Below are positions 49,553 through 50,132 of a stretch of DNA of 50,132 nt, one piece after another. The position numbers and the translations under genes are program-made. The notes below the pieces were generated by a model. It worked only from the letters and a program-made list of their open reading frames with translations, did not search any database and had not been told where the DNA came from. The number at the start of each line of letters is the position of its first letter. Within the stretch, counting starts at the first letter, position 1. Source of the stretch: Deinococcales bacterium (GTDB taxonomy: Bacteria > Deinococcota > Deinococci > Deinococcales > JAAFIG01); the NCBI GenBank assembly GCA_031414595.1, contig JANNVX010000008.1, positions 1 through 50,132 of the forward strand, written 5' to 3'.

Positions 49553-49897
49553 TTAAAGCAATCTGTCCCCACGTTGGCTCAGGGCAACAATAACCGCCCA
49601 ATCATCGGGTTGGTACGGGTCGTCAAGGGCTGCTTTATTACGCCGCAAAGCACCACAGGTCAAACAACGATGCAGGATTACCCAACCTTTTTTGCTGTGT
49701 TGTTCGACACCAATTGGCTCGAGAACCCCACCACAAAGGCTGGCACGATCACCCGGGAATTCATCTACATGGAGGCTGTACAAACACCTCGGGCAGTGAT
49801 TACGGACACTTCCATTCTCAAGTGGCTGGACAAGGCAAGCACAATTGACACAAGTAAAAGCACTATTTGTACCTTGGACTGTAAAACGCCGTGTCAT
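49553..49897 (-). CDS. RNHCP-domain protein
   Basis: FTCVNC..RNHCPRCLYSLHVD..PGDRA..HRCLTCG. Confidence 0.92.
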   Translation of the reverse strand: MTRRFTVQGTNSAFTCVNCACLVQPLENGSVRNHCPRCLYSLHVDEFPGDRASLCGGVLEPIGVEQHSKKGWVILHRCLTCGALRRNKAALDDPYQPDDWAVIVALSQRGDRLL

Positions 49898-50044
49898 TCA
49901 AGTACCATAAAATAAAAAACGCGCCCTTCTAGGCGCTGATGGAAAAGATAGTAGCATGGTATTCGTTACTTGTCAAATTTATGCACTCGAGGAGATAGGG
50001 CTAAAAGTGTGTTGACCCTCGAGTCCTGCCCAACGGAATCACTA

Positions 50045-50132
50045 ATGCTTCAACCCAATCCTCAGATTTTCGACCAGTCAACCGTTCCCAAGGCGATTTT
50101 CCTCGTACCAAATGATGATTCCAACGCCAAAA
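50045..50132 (+). CDS. Possible 5' end of a CDS running off the window
   Basis: Open frame MLQPNPQIFDQSTVPKAIFLVPNDDSNAK to the edge; no recognisable motif. Confidence 0.3.
   Translation, partial: MLQPNPQIFDQSTVPKAIFLVPNDDSNAK

Noticed and set aside
1-50132. tRNA or rRNA genes
   Set aside because: No cloverleaf/T-loop or rRNA-like segments were seen; intergenic gaps are short and otherwise explained.

Overview
This is a 50-kb chromosomal window from a Deinococcota (Deinococcales-like) bacterium. The assignment rests on a GlnRS with a C-terminal YqeY-like tail, a comZ/minor-pilin locus, futalosine-pathway mqnB, and many TANNNT boxes 5-7 nt before start codons (leaderless genes). Core content: prs, mqnB, a frameshifted SARP/BTAD-ATPase-TPR regulator, a rhomboid protease, an MFS transporter, an apbE-DUF2271-PepSY flavinylation cluster, a LacI-controlled sugar ABC/glycoside hydrolase operon, ArsR, uvrA (with an RDRM-like site), a BrnT/BrnA-type TA pair, hisC, a dipeptidase, a peptide SBP, hrcA, mutS, an esterase plus ATP-grasp pair, cobS, a cytochrome c-copper monooxygenase, four pilin-like genes, glnS, an acyl-CoA dehydrogenase, a GT2 and an RNHCP protein. 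The left edge holds the 3' end of an ISAzo13-like IS. The most notable observations are: (1) a ~146-nt structured 5' leader with an RBS-sequestering hairpin and pseudoknot, ahead of a gene with a PF20066-like N-terminal module; (2) strong HIP1-like over-representation of the palindrome CTCGAG, which is depleted in the pilin locus; (3) an unannotated basic/acidic small-gene pair at 46.6-47.0 kb that looks like an unnamed TA module; (4) a ~40-nt covarying hairpin micro-element nested inside a REP and inside itself. All family assignments come from reading motifs by eye; no database searches were run.
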